A stretch of 64,000 nt of DNA from Eledone cirrhosa (Eukaryota): the NCBI GenBank assembly GCA_964016885.1, contig OZ024741.1, forward strand, positions 128,154,001 through 128,218,000. Direction: 5' to 3'. Positions 42,064-55,000 of the stretch are shown one piece after another. The notes below the pieces were generated by a model. It worked only from the letters and a program-made list of their open reading frames with translations, made no database searches and was not told where the DNA came from. Position 1 is the first letter of the stretch. The number at the start of each line of letters is the position of its first letter. Position numbers and translations under genes: made by a program.

Positions 42064-42505
42064 GATTGGTGCTCTGAAATAGCGATGTATACATGTATGT
42101 AGGTATAGTATATTTGGCAATATACTGTATGTTTAATTAAAAACATTTTGAAGACCTTGCGCTATTACTTTAAAATAATAGCGCAGGGTCTTCAAAACAA
42201 ACTCAATTGGACAAATATTTTTCTTAAATAATCCCCGCCAGAAACGAATTAAAAATGGCTAAGAACTGTGACGTGGCTAGTGGTCAAGTCAGAAAGTTTG
42301 TGATTGGTGCCTTACGGCGAGTGGGCTGGTTGCTAGAAAGCGCAGCGGAATACTGCCTGAATTGTTTCTCAACCATATGGGAGATTATAAAATATATAGA
42401 TTTACATATCATAAACTAGACAGAGCCATAGATACATATATGTGTTTTTGGCAACCATTCACGGTGTGGCTCAATGACGAATTAATTAATTAAATAATTG
42501 AGTTT

Positions 42506-42588
42506 GTTTCCTGATGATTTCGAAACTCGTGAATTTATCCTTGATCGGATATTTCCAAAAAGCGAATGAAATCTCATGGGGTAGAGAC
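42506..42588 (+). ncRNA. Type I hammerhead-like motif (family G)
   Basis: Stem I GUUUC/GAGAC, CUGAUGA, U.UUCG/CGAA.U with a long insert, GAAA, AUCUC/GGGGU, GUA triplet. Confidence 0.7.
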
Positions 42589-43019
42589 ATAATTTTGGTA
42601 TGCTTATATACATTTTTTCTTCTAACTTTGATTTTGTACATAATTGTGTATGTTTGGCTATATATCTAATCGATTTCCACGGGCTATTAGAAATACTGGA
42701 TAAATATTCTGTGGCAGTTGATCGCGGATAAAATAGCTATCGTTTATTTATTTATTGTTTCTTCATAGGTGGTTTTTAATCTTATAGCCTTGTTTAATTG
42801 ATTTTTTGTGTGGTGGATTATGCTGATTGGGAGAGCAAATACTGTATATATTTTATCAAATGATTCTATGGACGTACTTTCTTGTATATTGCTCTGATTG
42901 TTGATTATTTAATTAATTAATTCGACATTGAGCCACACCGTGAATGGTTGCCAAAAAAACACATATATATATATATCTATGGCTCTGTCTAGTTTATGTA
43001 CATGTAAATCTATATATTT

Positions 43020-43050
<31 letters not shown>

Positions 43051-43164
43051 ATATATATTCATATATATATTCATATATATATATCTCCATTGTACTTTCT
43101 TGTTACCCTGTATTGATTTTCCTCTTTGGCTTTTCGCATACATATATGCATACATACACATATA

Positions 43165-43223
<59 letters not shown>

Positions 43224-43521
43224 TATAGAGTAAAGCATGTCCAGAGAATTATTTGATAATATATATACATCATCTCTACTCCCAATCAGTATAATTAACC
43301 ACACAAAAAATCAATTAGACCAGACTATAAGAATAAAAGGCACCTATGAAGAAACAGTAAATAAATACGCCACAGCAGCGTCTTTGCGTCCAACCGCTAT
43401 AGAATATTTACCCAACATTTCAAGAGCACATGGAAATTAATTAAATATACAGTCAACCATACATAATTAGGTAAAAATTAAAGTTAGAATAAAGTTATAC
43501 ATACCAGGATTAAATCACTAA

Positions 43522-43600
43522 ATCCCGACCCATGGGTTTCGCTCACATTTTGAGATATCTTATTAAGGATAAATCTCGAGTTTAGAGCTCTTCAGGGGAC
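43522..43600 (-). ncRNA. Type I hammerhead ribozyme, canonical core (family G)
   Basis: GUCCC-CUGAAGA-GCUC...GAGC-GAA-ACCCAUGGGU-C-GGGAU, with GUC triplet and palindromic stem III. Confidence 0.82.
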
Positions 43601-44024
43601 AAACTCGCTAGGACAGATTATTTTCCGAAGTGGCCTCCGCCAAACACGAATTCAAAATGGTTGAGAACTGTGACGTGGCAGTGGTCAAGTCAGGAAGGGT
43701 GTGATTGGTTGCTTACGGCGAGTGGGTTGGCTCAATAACGCCCAAATTGTATCTTAACCTTATGGGAGATTATTAAATATAAATATTTACACATACACCA
43801 ATTAAACAAAGTCACAGGTATATATGTGTTTTGGCAACTATTCACGATGTGGCTCAATGAAGAATTAATAAATTAAATAATCAGAGCAAAATACTATAGA
43901 GTAAAGCATGTCCAGAGAATTATTTGATAATATATATACATCATCTCTACTCCCAATCAGCATAATTAATCACACAAAAAATCAATTAGACCAGGCTATA
44001 AGAATAAAAGGTACCTATGAAGCA

Positions 44025-44102
<78 letters not shown>

Positions 44103-44221
44103 TATATGTGTATGTATGCATATATGTATGCGAAAAGCCAAAGAGGAAAAGCAATACAGGGTAACAAGAAAGTACAATGGAGATATATATTAGTTTAACG
44201 CTTGATATAATGGGAAATGTT

Positions 44222-44260
44222 TCTTGACGTTTCAGGCACTAGTCCTTCATCAGATGGAAA
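44222..44260 (-). ncRNA. Minimal hammerhead-like motif, stem I degenerate
   Basis: CUGAUGA-AGG/CCU-GAA-ACGU-C. Decayed relatives are at ~26977-27012, ~34515-34548(-) and ~54748. Confidence 0.45.
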
Positions 44261-44391
44261 TGAGAGATAGAAGAAGAAATAGAAAGAAAGATGAGTAGAA
44301 CAAGAGGAACAAACGGAAATATAAATTTTACTGGAGGAGAACACGTGTCTAGTCAGCCATTTTGGGGAAGATATATATATATATATATATA

Positions 44392-44457
<66 letters not shown>

Positions 44458-44661
44458 GAATTATTCCCAACAATGTAATTTCAAAGTAAATTATTCATGT
44501 CACACTTCTTTACATATGATAAAAAGATAATGCAATTTAAAGTTATGTATGTTATATATTCGTATCCTTGAATATCTAAGTTTATATATATTATTTTGCA
44601 CGAAAATCAAGATACACTAATCTATATAATATTTATTTATTCATGCTGCCATTATATATAA

Positions 44662-44740
<79 letters not shown>

Positions 44741-44768
44741 TATTTATTGTATAGAAGGAGCTCCTATA

Positions 44769-44860
<92 letters not shown>

Positions 44861-44989
44861 TACATATATATATATACCTGTGTGAGTGTGTAGTGCATAA
44901 ATGTACGTGTATATGTATACTTATTTACATATATACATATACTTATATGTACATGTGTGTATTTAATGTAAATTCACACACACATACAC

Positions 44990-45022
<33 letters not shown>

Positions 45023-45335
45023 ATATATATTGGAGTGAAAGCAACTGGTGCATGTGTTTCTTATTGGCAACATGACCCTCCCAAAGAATAACAATATCGG
45101 TTTCAACACACGTTTTCAGATAAAGAATCTTGCTAAACAAATTCAGAAACGAAATATATATATATATAAAATTAGAATTGGTGCTCTGAAATAGCGATAT
45201 ATATATGAATGTATATATAGTGTATTTTGCAATACATTGTATGCTTAATTAAAAGCATTTTGAAGACCTTACGCTATTGTTTTAAAGTAGTGACTATGTC
45301 ACTTACTTCTTTTTTCAACAAACAAAGGGAGATAA

Positions 45336-45377
45336 GCTAACAGATCTCTGTTTCATACTGTTGGTATTCTTAAGAGC
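45336..45377 (-). ncRNA. Hammerhead-like motif with core mutation (CUUAAGA)
   Basis: GCU/AGC, AUAC/GUAU, GAAA, ACAGA/UCUGU, GUU triplet. Confidence 0.5.
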
Positions 45378-46090
45378 TTAGCACTCCTCTTGCTTGTTGA
45401 AAATTATGAATGTTGGATTCTTATAGAATTCCAGTAATAATCAGGAACTGATTATACAGAGCGGTTGCCGGTCCAGCAAAAATTGAAAATTAGAATTGGT
45501 GCTCTGAAATAGCGATATATATATGAATGTATATATAGTGTATTTTGCAATACATTGTATGCTTAATTAAATTATGAAATTTGGGATCGATAAATAAAGT
45601 GTCATTCAAAACTGGGGGGAGGGGGAGCAATTCTTATTTTTTAAATTTTCTTTCTTTCTTTCTCTCAAAAAGAAGAAGAAGAAGAAGAAAAAGAAGAAGA
45701 AGAAGAAGAAGAAGAAGAAGAAGAAGAAGAAGAAGAAGAAGAAGAAGAATCTATGGATGCCTGTTCGGGATGAAAACTCAACAGACGTTGCACGAAAGAA
45801 CACACAAAACAAAACTGTCATAAATAACTACTAGGGATAAAAAAGATAGATGGATATAGATTGATAGTCGGAGAGGGGGAGGGAAATAGAGAGATTGTGT
45901 CACAGCAGTAGTACAAGTTAGTTCGAACTCCTTAATTTGAGAGACATGGCGAAGATGACTGACCAGGTCGGTGTCAAATCACAAAAGGCTGAGACAAAGG
46001 CTTGGAAGGATAGGGGAGTATTAAAGCCTGGGAAAGAGGGAGAAAAGGGTAGATAGAAGTATACAGAGGGAGAAATAAAGATAGATATAT

Positions 46091-46153
<63 letters not shown>

Positions 46154-46199
46154 CGGAGAGATGGAGAGAATGAGAGAGAGGGGGAGGGAGAGAGAGAGA

Positions 46200-46267
<68 letters not shown>

Positions 46268-46530
46268 GGGTTTCGTTCCGACTAGCTATCCATGGATAAC
46301 TCGGTAGTTTCTATTGAGGCACTGGTGTTTTATAAAGTATCCGAAACTTTAATGATCCCCAGAAAACAGCCGATGAGCGGAAAATGTCCATGTACTTGTC
46401 TTTTCTGCGTTTTCTGTTTTCTATATTTCTCCCACGTGTTTTTAATGTTATTTTCAATGTAACCACGGAGGCTAATATATATATATTTTAGTCTTCACAT
46501 TTATCATTATTATTATATGTACTTGTGTAT

Positions 46531-46561
<31 letters not shown>

Positions 46562-46724
46562 TAATTCTCTTAAGTCAGTATTGTTTGTTTGGGTATGGTT
46601 GTTGTTGTTATTCCATTCCTTTTTTCTGTTTAGCTTTGGTTTTCTAAGCTCTATTTCGCTTGCCTCTCTGATTTGCCTACCTGTTGGGTCATTTCTACGT
46701 TTAGATATTATTTTAATTTCTATG

Positions 46725-46915
46725 AGGGCGGTGGATTGGCAGTATTGGTAGAGGGTCGGACGCCATGCTTTGACGCATAGAGTTACGGCTCTTGCCATTC
46801 TGAGTTCAAATCTCGCCGAGGTTAACTTTGCCTTTCATCCTTACAGGGTCGATAAAATAAAGTACCAGTAATACACTGGTTAATTGCTGGCCTTGTGCCT
46901 AACGTAGAAATAATT
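46725..46915 (+). mobile_element. SINE
   Basis: Same family as 18224-18440, with B-box-like gagttcaaatc. Confidence 0.8.
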
Positions 46916-46949
46916 ATTACTATATATATAAAATATATATATAGGGAAA

Positions 46950-46998
<49 letters not shown>

Positions 46999-47099
46999 GG
47001 AAGAGAGAGGAGGAGAGTGGAGGGAGAGAAAGAGAGTGTGTGGGTCAAACGCAAAGAGATATATTCAACAGGAAAAGAGACATTATGATAATGTAGGTG

Positions 47100-50000
47100 A
47101 TTATAATGATGATGATGATGATGATAATGGTGATGATGATGATGGTGATGATGATGGTGATGATGATAGTGATGAGGATGATGATGATGGTTGATAAATA
47201 TCTCTCATCTGATAAATTGTCCAATTATCTGATATGACGATGTCTGTAGGTTATCAGCTGTTGATGATGATGGTGGTGATGGTGATAATGATGATGGTTG
47301 TGGCGGTGATGGTGGGCTTGGGGAATGATTATTATGATGAATATGATGGCGATAGTGGTGGTCATGCCGGTGGTGGTGGTGTTGGTGGTGATGGTGATGG
47401 TGGTGGTGGTGGTGGTGGTGGTAGTGGGGGTTGTGGTAGTCATGACGGTGGTGGTGGTGTTGGTGGTAGTGGGGGTTGTGGTAGTCATGACGGTGGTGGT
47501 GGTGGTGGTGGTGGTGTTGGTGGTAGTGGGGGTTGTGGTAGTCATGACGGTGGTGTGGTGGTGGTGGTAGTGTGGGTTGTGGTAGTCATGACGGTGGTGG
47601 TGGTGTTGGTGGTGATGGTGATGGTGGTGGTGGTGGTGGTGGTGGTAGTGGGGGTTGTGGTAGTCATGACGGTGGTGGTGGTGGTGGTGGTGGTGTTGGT
47701 GGTAGTGGGGGTTGTGGTAGTCATGACGGTGGTGTGGTGGTGGTGGTAGTGTGGGTTGTGGTAGTCATGACGGTGGTGGTGGTGGTGGTGGTGTTGGTGG
47801 TAGCGGTGGTGGTGGTGGTGTTGGTGGTAGTGGGGGTTGTGGTAGTCATGACGGTGGTGTGGTGGTGGTGGTAGTGTGGGTTGTGGTAGTCATGACGGTG
47901 GTGGTGGTGTTGGTGGTGATGGTGATGGTGGTGGTGGTGGTGGTGGTGGTAGTGGGGGTTGTGGTAGTCATGACGGTGGTGGTGGTGGTGGTGGTGGTGT
48001 TGGTGGTAGTGGGGGTTGTGGTAGTCATGACGGTGGTGTGGTGGTGGTGGTAGTGTGGGTTGTGGTAGTCATGACGGTGGTGGTGGTGGTGGTGGTGTTG
48101 GTGGTAGCGGTGGTGGTGGTGGTGTTGGTGGTAGTGGGCGTTGTGGTAGTCATGACGGTGGTGGTGGTGGTGGTGGTGGTGGTGTTGGTGGTAGTGGTGG
48201 TGATGGTGGTAGTGGGGCCTGTGGTAGTCATGACGGTGGTGGTGGTGGTGGTGGTGTTGGTGGTAGTGGGGGTTGTGGTAGTTATGACGGTGGTGGTGGT
48301 GGTGTTGGTGGTAGTGGGGGTTGTGGTAGTCATGACGGTGGTGGTGATGGTGGTGGTGGTGTTGGTGGTAGTGGGGGCTGTGGTAGTCATGACGGTGGTG
48401 GTGGTGGTGGTGGTAGTGGGGGTTGTGGTAGTCATGACGGTGGTGGTGGTGGTGATGGTGTTGGTGGTAGTGGGGGTTGTGGTAGTCATGACGGTGGTGG
48501 TGGTGGTGGTGGTGATGGTGTTGGTGGTAGTGGGGGTTGTGGTAGTCATGACGGTGGTGGTGGTGGTGGTGGTGGTGGTGTTGGTGGTAGTGGGGGTTGT
48601 GGTAGTCATGATGGTGGTGGTGTTGGTGGTATTGCTTGTTGTGGTAGTCATGACGGCGGTGGTGGTGGTGGTGGTGGTGGTAGTGGGGGTTGTGGTAGTC
48701 ATGACGGTGGTGGTGGTGGTGGTGGTGGTGGTGTTGGTCGTAGTGGGGGTTGTGGTAGTCATGACGGTGGTGGTGGTGGTGGTGGTGGTGGTATTGGTCG
48801 TAGTGAGGGTTGTGGTAGTCATGACGGTGGTGGTGTTGGTGGTATTGCTTGTTGTGGTAGTCATGACGGCGGTGGTGGTGGTGGTGGTGGTGGTAGTGGG
48901 GGTTGTGGTAGTCATGACGGTGGTGGTGGTGGTGGTGGTGGTGGTGGTGTTGGTGGTAGTGGGGGTTGTGGTAGTCATGACGGTGGTGGTGGTGGTGGTG
49001 GTGGTGGTGTTGGTGGTAGTGGGGGTTGTGGTAGTCATGACGGTGGTGGTGTTGGTGGTATTGCTTGTTGTGGTAGTCATGACGGTGGTGGTGGTGGTGG
49101 TGGTGGTGTTGGTGGTAGTGGGGGTTGTGGTAGTCATGACGGTGGTGGTGGTGGTGGTGGTGGTGGTAGTGGGGGTTGTGGTAGTCATGACGGTGGTGGT
49201 GGTGGTGGTGGTGGTGGTGTTGGTGGTAGTGGGGGTTGTGGTAGTCATGACGGTGGTGGTGGTGGTGGTGGTGTTGGTGGTAGTGGGGGTTGTGGTAGTC
49301 ATGACGGCGGTGCTGGTTGTGAGGTTGATTAATGATAATTATGATGATGATGATGGTAACGGTAGTGGTGGATGTGACAGCAACGCTGTTGGTGGTGCTG
49401 CTGCTGCTGCTGATGGTGGTGTCGGTGGTGGTGGTGCTGCTGCTGCTGGTGGTGGTGGTGTTGGTCGTGGTGGTGCTGCTGCTGCTGGTGGTGGTGGTGT
49501 TGGTGGTGGTGCTGCTGCTGCTGGTGGTGGTGGTGTTGGTGGTGGTGCTGCTGCTGCTGGTGGTGGTGGTGTTGGTGGTGGTGCTGCTGCTGCTGCTGCT
49601 GCTGGTGGTGCTGGTTAATGATGGGGATAATGTTTATGAAGGTGATTGTGATCAGGGAGGTGAGAAAGCTCTTTATGATGATATTCACAACAATAGGGAT
49701 CATAAGTAATGGTTGTGGTGGTGGTGGTGGGAGGTGCTAGTGGTGGTGGGAGGTGCTAGTGGTGGTGGGAGGTGGTGGTGGTGGGAGGTGCTAGTGGTGG
49801 TGGGAGGTGGAGGTGGTGGTGGTGGGAGGTGGTGGTGGTGGGAGGTGCTAGTGGTGAGGGTGTGGTGGTGGTTGTGGTGGTGGAAGTGGTGAGGGTCTGG
49901 TGAGTGGTGATAGTGGTGGTAGTGGTGATGGTTGTGGTGGTGGCAGTGGTGAGGGTGTGGTGGGTGGTGATAGTGGTGGTAGTGGTGATGGTTGTGGTGG

Positions 50001-51770
50001 TGGTTGTGGTGGTGGAAGTGGTGAGGGTGTGGTGGTGGTTGTGGTGGTGGCAGTGGTGAGGGTGTGGTGGATGGTGATAGTGGTGGTAGTGGTGATGGTT
50101 GTGGTGGTGGTTGTGGTGGTGGAAGTGGTGAGGGTGTGGTGGTGGTTGTGGTGGTGATGGTGGTGAGGGTGTGGTGGTGGTTGTGGTGGTGGCAGTGGTG
50201 AGGGTGTGGTGGGTGGTGGTTGTGGTGGTAGTGGTGATGGTTGTGGTGGTGGTTGTGGTGGTGGAAGTGGTGAGGGTGTGGTGGTGGTTGTGGTGGTGGT
50301 GGTGGTGAGGGTGTGGTGGGTGGTGATAGTGGTGGTAGTGGTGGTAGTGCTGATGGTTGTGGTGGTGGTTGTGGTGGTGGTAGTGGTGAGGGTGTGGTGG
50401 TGGTTGTGGTGGTGGTGGTGGTGAGGGTGTGGTGGGTGGTGATAGTGGTGGTATTGGTGATGGTTGTGGTGGTGGTTGTGGTGGTGGAAGTGGTGAGGGT
50501 GTGGTGGGAGGTGATAGTGGTGGTAGTGGTGATGGTTGTGGTGGTGGTGTGGTGGGTGGTGATAGTGGTGATGGTTGTGGTTGTGGAAGTGGTGAGTGTG
50601 TGGTGGGAGGTGATAGTGGTGGTAGTGGTGATGGTTGTGGTGGTGGAAGTGGTGAGGGTGTGGTGGGAGGTGATAGTGGTGGTTGTGATGATGGTTGTGG
50701 TGGTGGCAGTGGTGAGGGTGTGGTGGGAGGTGATAGTGGTGGTAGTGGTGATGGTTGTGGTGGTGGCAGTGGTGAGGGTGTGGTGGGAGGTGATAGTGGT
50801 GGTAGTGGTGATGGTTGTGGTGGTGGTGGTGGTGAGGGTGTGGTGGGAGGTGATAGTGGTGGTAGTGGTGATGGTTGTGGTGGTGGCAGTGGTGAGGGTG
50901 TGGTGGGAGGTAATAGTGGTGGTAGTGGTGATGGTTGTGGTGGTGGCAGTGGTGAGGGTGTGGTGGGAGGTAATAGTGGTGGTAGTGGTGATGGTTGTGG
51001 TGGTGGCAGCGGTGGGGATGTGGTGGGAGGTGATAGTGGTGGTGGTGGTGATGGTTGTGGTGGTGGTTGTGGTGGTGGAAGTAGTGAGGGTGTGGTGGGA
51101 AGTGATAGTGGTGGTAGTGGTGATGGTGTGGTGGTGGCAGTGGTGAGGATGTGGTGGGAGGTTATAGTGGCGGTAGTGGTGATGGTGGTGGTGGTGGCAG
51201 TGGTGAGGGTGTGGTGGGAGGTAATAGTGGTGGTAGTGGTGATGGTTGTGGTGGTGGCAGTGGTGAGGGTGTGGTGGGAGGTAATAGTGGTGGTAGTGGT
51301 GATGGTTGTGGTGGTGGCAGCGGTGGGGATGTGGTGGGAGGTGATAGTGGTGGTGGTGGTGATGGTTGTGGTGGTGGTTGTGGTGGTGGCAGTGGTGAGG
51401 GTGTGGTGGGAAGTGATAGTGGTGGTAGTGGTGATGGTGTGGTGGTGGCAGTGGTGAGGATGTGGTGGGAGGTGATAGTGGTGGTAGTGGTGATGGTGGT
51501 GGTGGTGGCAGTGGTGAGGGTGTGGTGGGAGGTAATAGTGGTGGTAGTTGTGATGGTTGTGGTGGTGGCAGTGGTGAGGGTGTGGTGGGAGGTAATAGTG
51601 GTGGTAGTGGTGATGGTTGTGGTGGTGGTTGTGGTGGTGGATGTAGTGAGGGTGTGGTGGGAGGTGATAGTGGTGGTAGTGGTGATGGTTGTGGTTGTGG
51701 TAGTGGTTGTGTTAGTGGTAATGATGGTTGGGGTATTAGAGGTGTTGGTAGTGTTTCTGGTGATGGTAAT
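47100..51770. repeat. Compound (GGT)n-derived minisatellites
   Basis: 47350-49320 has the unit ggtagtgggggttgtggtagtcatgac(ggt)n with a 304-bp higher-order repeat. 49390-49615 is ggt/gct. 49710-51720 has a ~60-bp unit. Confidence 0.92.
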
Positions 51771-52184
51771 GAAGGAAAGAAAAGAAGGAAATACAATGAG
51801 AGAGATACAGAGTTAGAGATCCCGGATAGAAAGAACGATATTTAAATTCATGATGTTATCTCACCAGTCCCGATGCGACTGAAGTTACGTTTTATCTCGT
51901 CTAGACATAAATGCATTACAGAATATTGTAATAAAGTGAGAGATACATAAATATATATATATATAAGTCCATCCATCCATATATGTGTGTGTCCCCCCCC
52001 CCCCCACACACACACAAACACACACACATATATATAAATATATATATATACATGTGTGTGTGTATTTGTGTATTGTAATGTATTACTACGCGACGGATGA
52101 TCACTTGCTGTTTCGATGGCGATTCCCAATTTATCTGTCTATTTATTCCCCCCCTCTCTCTTTATATATATATATATGTGTGTG

Positions 52185-52238
<54 letters not shown>

Positions 52239-52800
52239 ATATGTATATATATATATATGCATACGCATATTATATATATATATATGTATGTGTATATGGA
52301 TATACATTTATATATATATATACATATATACACACATATATATATATATATATATGCATACGCACATATATATGTGTGTGTGTGTGTATATATATACATG
52401 CATGCATATGTATATAGATATCCATACTCGTGATTTTGTTATAATATTTTATCTCATTGTTGTAAACCATATATAACTACGACTACAACACCCATAAAGA
52501 CATTTATGAACACCAGTTGAGGCAGGGTCAGACTTTCATTGGCTGGGGTCCTTAGCTATATGAAATTTCAAGCCCTTTTCGAAAACAATTCGTGTAAAAA
52601 ATATTTTAAAATAATTCTACATGAATATTATCATTTTTATATTAATGTTAATGATAAAGAATATATATACTGTATATATATATATAAGGAATTTATATCT
52701 ATTAACATTTATATACACACAGATGCATATCAATGCTAGCAAATATATAGGTTTTGTCTTATTAACAATGTGGTTCAATGCATGGGGTTGCAGAACAATA

Positions 52801-53467
52801 ATATGAGAGACGTAAAATAAGAAAATTATAAAATTAACTTACTTACTAAAAAATCACTTCCAACTAATTAGTTTCTGGAATGGAGTAAATATATTTTCCG
52901 AAGAAACACATAGAAAATCATTCCGTCATCAGGAAAGTCTTTTTCCGTATAGGTCTCCAGGCATAGCGAGGACACTGGAAACTTATTAAAAAAATAATTC
53001 AGTGGAATGGAAATAGCAAAGCGTGGACTGGATTCCAAGCCATTGAGAAAATCACTACCTCTTCGTCTGTGGCAAATTCAAAAAGAATCAATCACGTGAC
53101 ATCGAGGTCAATCAGTGGAAAGCGAGTGGTTATTAAGACAGCGGCCAGCTTACTACCATAGTAGAAGTCATGGCCAAATATTGCTCGACAAATGAATTGG
53201 AGATAATTATAAGGAAGAGGCAGTGATTTTCTCAATGGCTTGGAATCCAGTCCACGCTTTGCTATTTCCATTCCACTGAATTATTTTTTTAATAAGTTTC
53301 CAGTGTTCTCGCTATGCCTGGAGACCTATACGGAAAAAGACTTTCCTGATGACGGAATGATTTTCTATGTGTTTCTTCGGAAAATATATTTACTCCATTC
53401 CAGAAACTAATTAGTTGGAAGTGATTTTTTAGTAAGTAAGTTAATTTTATAATTTTCTTATTTTACG

Positions 53468-53477
<10 letters not shown>
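52801..53477. mobile_element. Fold-back element with 264-bp arms (52801-53064 / 53214-53477) and hammerheads at 52857-52937(-) and 53341-53421(+)
   Basis: About 2 mismatches between arms. Motif CUUUC-CUGAUGA-C.GGAAUG...CAUUCC.A-GAA-ACUAAUUAGU-U-GGAAG. Confidence 0.78.
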
Positions 53478-53554
<77 letters not shown>

Positions 53555-53810
53555 CATAATCGGAAAAAACTAAAAGCGATACTCCGGCCAAATTCCAACT
53601 CACTCAACAAACATTAGGAAATACCTGAGTATATTCCCAATTAAACGTTTGGGGTGCTAACTATATTGTATTGTGTGGATAATTGGCTGTATTATGTCAT
53701 ATGAGATATATCAAATATATCATTTCCCAGACGACTCGTTTCATTATAAGATTTCTACAAGTTGGGTGAAATTATACCAAGTTATGTAGAAGCTTGTATA
53801 AGATAAAAGA

Positions 53811-53867
53811 ACAGTGAGCTGTACTGATGAAGGGTGCTGCCAGAAACATTAGTGTCTGCAGTTCTGT
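53811..53867 (+). ncRNA. Type I hammerhead (family F, weak stem II); duplicate at 55257-55313
   Basis: Stem I GAGCUGUA/UGCAGUUC, CUGAUGA, GAAA, ACA/UGU. GUC cleavage is predicted after 53856. Confidence 0.7.
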
Positions 53868-54096
53868 TTACATGCCAACACATGAGCAAGAATGAAGAAT
53901 TCATTCTACTGACATGGCTATAAAAATGTGGCTTGTTTGCATAATTGCAAACGAATCGAATGTTATTATTAATATTCGAAAAACTCGATTACATTTATTG
54001 TATTCAGCCATGTAGAGCGAAAATTTTCTTTTTTTTACTTTGAATGTGGCAAAGCCGGTCATTTATCGTTCGTATACATGAAACTGACCGGCCAGT

Positions 54097-54190
54097 CTGC
54101 TGATATGCAAATCTGGCTGATCAGTGGACCTGCTAATATGCAGATCTGACTGATCGACCAGTCTGCTAATATGCAAATCAGGCCAATCAG
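54097..54190 (+). promoter_or_regulatory. Three 33-bp-spaced octamer-like motifs plus CCAAT upstream of the hammerhead (putative element promoter)
   Basis: ATGCAAAT at 54105, ATGCAGAT at 54138, ATGCAAAT at 54171 and CCAAT at 54183. Confidence 0.4.
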
Positions 54191-54247
54191 TCACTATATT
54201 TTAGAAAATAGCATATATTTTCACTAGCTCTGACAGTTGGCAGGTGA

Positions 54248-54305
54248 ACAGTGAGCTGTACTGATGATGGGTGATACCCAGAAACATTAGTGTCTGCAGT
54301 TCTGT
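54248..54305 (+). ncRNA. Type I hammerhead ribozyme, canonical (family F); duplicate at 55694-55751
   Basis: 8-bp stem I extended by ACAG/CUGU, CUGAUGA, stem II UGGGU/ACCCA, GAAA, stem III ACA/UGU. GUC cleavage is predicted after 54294. Confidence 0.85.
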
Positions 54306-54436
54306 TTACATGCCAACACTAGAGAGCAAAAATGAAGAGTTCATTCTACTGACATGGCTATAAAAATGAGGCTTGTTTGCATAATAGCAAACGAATCGAA
54401 TGTTATTATTAATATTCGAAAAACTCAGATTACATT

Positions 54437-54494
<58 letters not shown>

Positions 54495-54664
54495 CGAAGG
54501 AAATGTGGTAAGGAACCAGATGGACCATAACGCACCAAAGTACTCAATACTTAGGGTAGTAGAGTGGGTAATAGGAACGAGTAGGACCCCGACGGCTGAG
54601 CTCAAGCCGTTTCGACGGCTAATTCTGAAACGGCTTGAGCTCAGCCGTCGGGGTCCTACTCGTT

Positions 54665-54715
<51 letters not shown>

Positions 54716-54940
54716 ATATTCACACCCTTTTCCTGCCCACTTTTCTCCTGACGAAGGGGTTGTGATCGAAATTCGCCTCCCCCCCCCACACACACACACA
54801 CTCTCAAGCGTGAAACTGATATTAACACTTTGTACTGCCTCTTCACTTCTTCGTTGTTGTTTTTTTTGTTTTCTGTTTCTACTATTATATTCTACTATTA
54901 TATTGCTGGCCTTGTGCCTAAAGTAGAAACAATTATATTT

Positions 54941-55000
<60 letters not shown>

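Larger units (their letters stand above)
42230..44030. mobile_element. Family G: 671-bp partial tandem unit (43221-44030) plus a diverged inverted copy (42230-43020)
   Basis: 43221 repeats at 43892. 42500-43020 is a diverged reverse complement, and 42230-42500 matches 43635-43880. Confidence 0.75.

Noticed and set aside
47876-51796. 580-aa, 425-aa and 698-aa ORFs as mucin-like or glycine-rich protein genes
   Set aside because: They are open in several frames on both strands because of GGT repeats, and have frame-breaking junctions and no unique domain.
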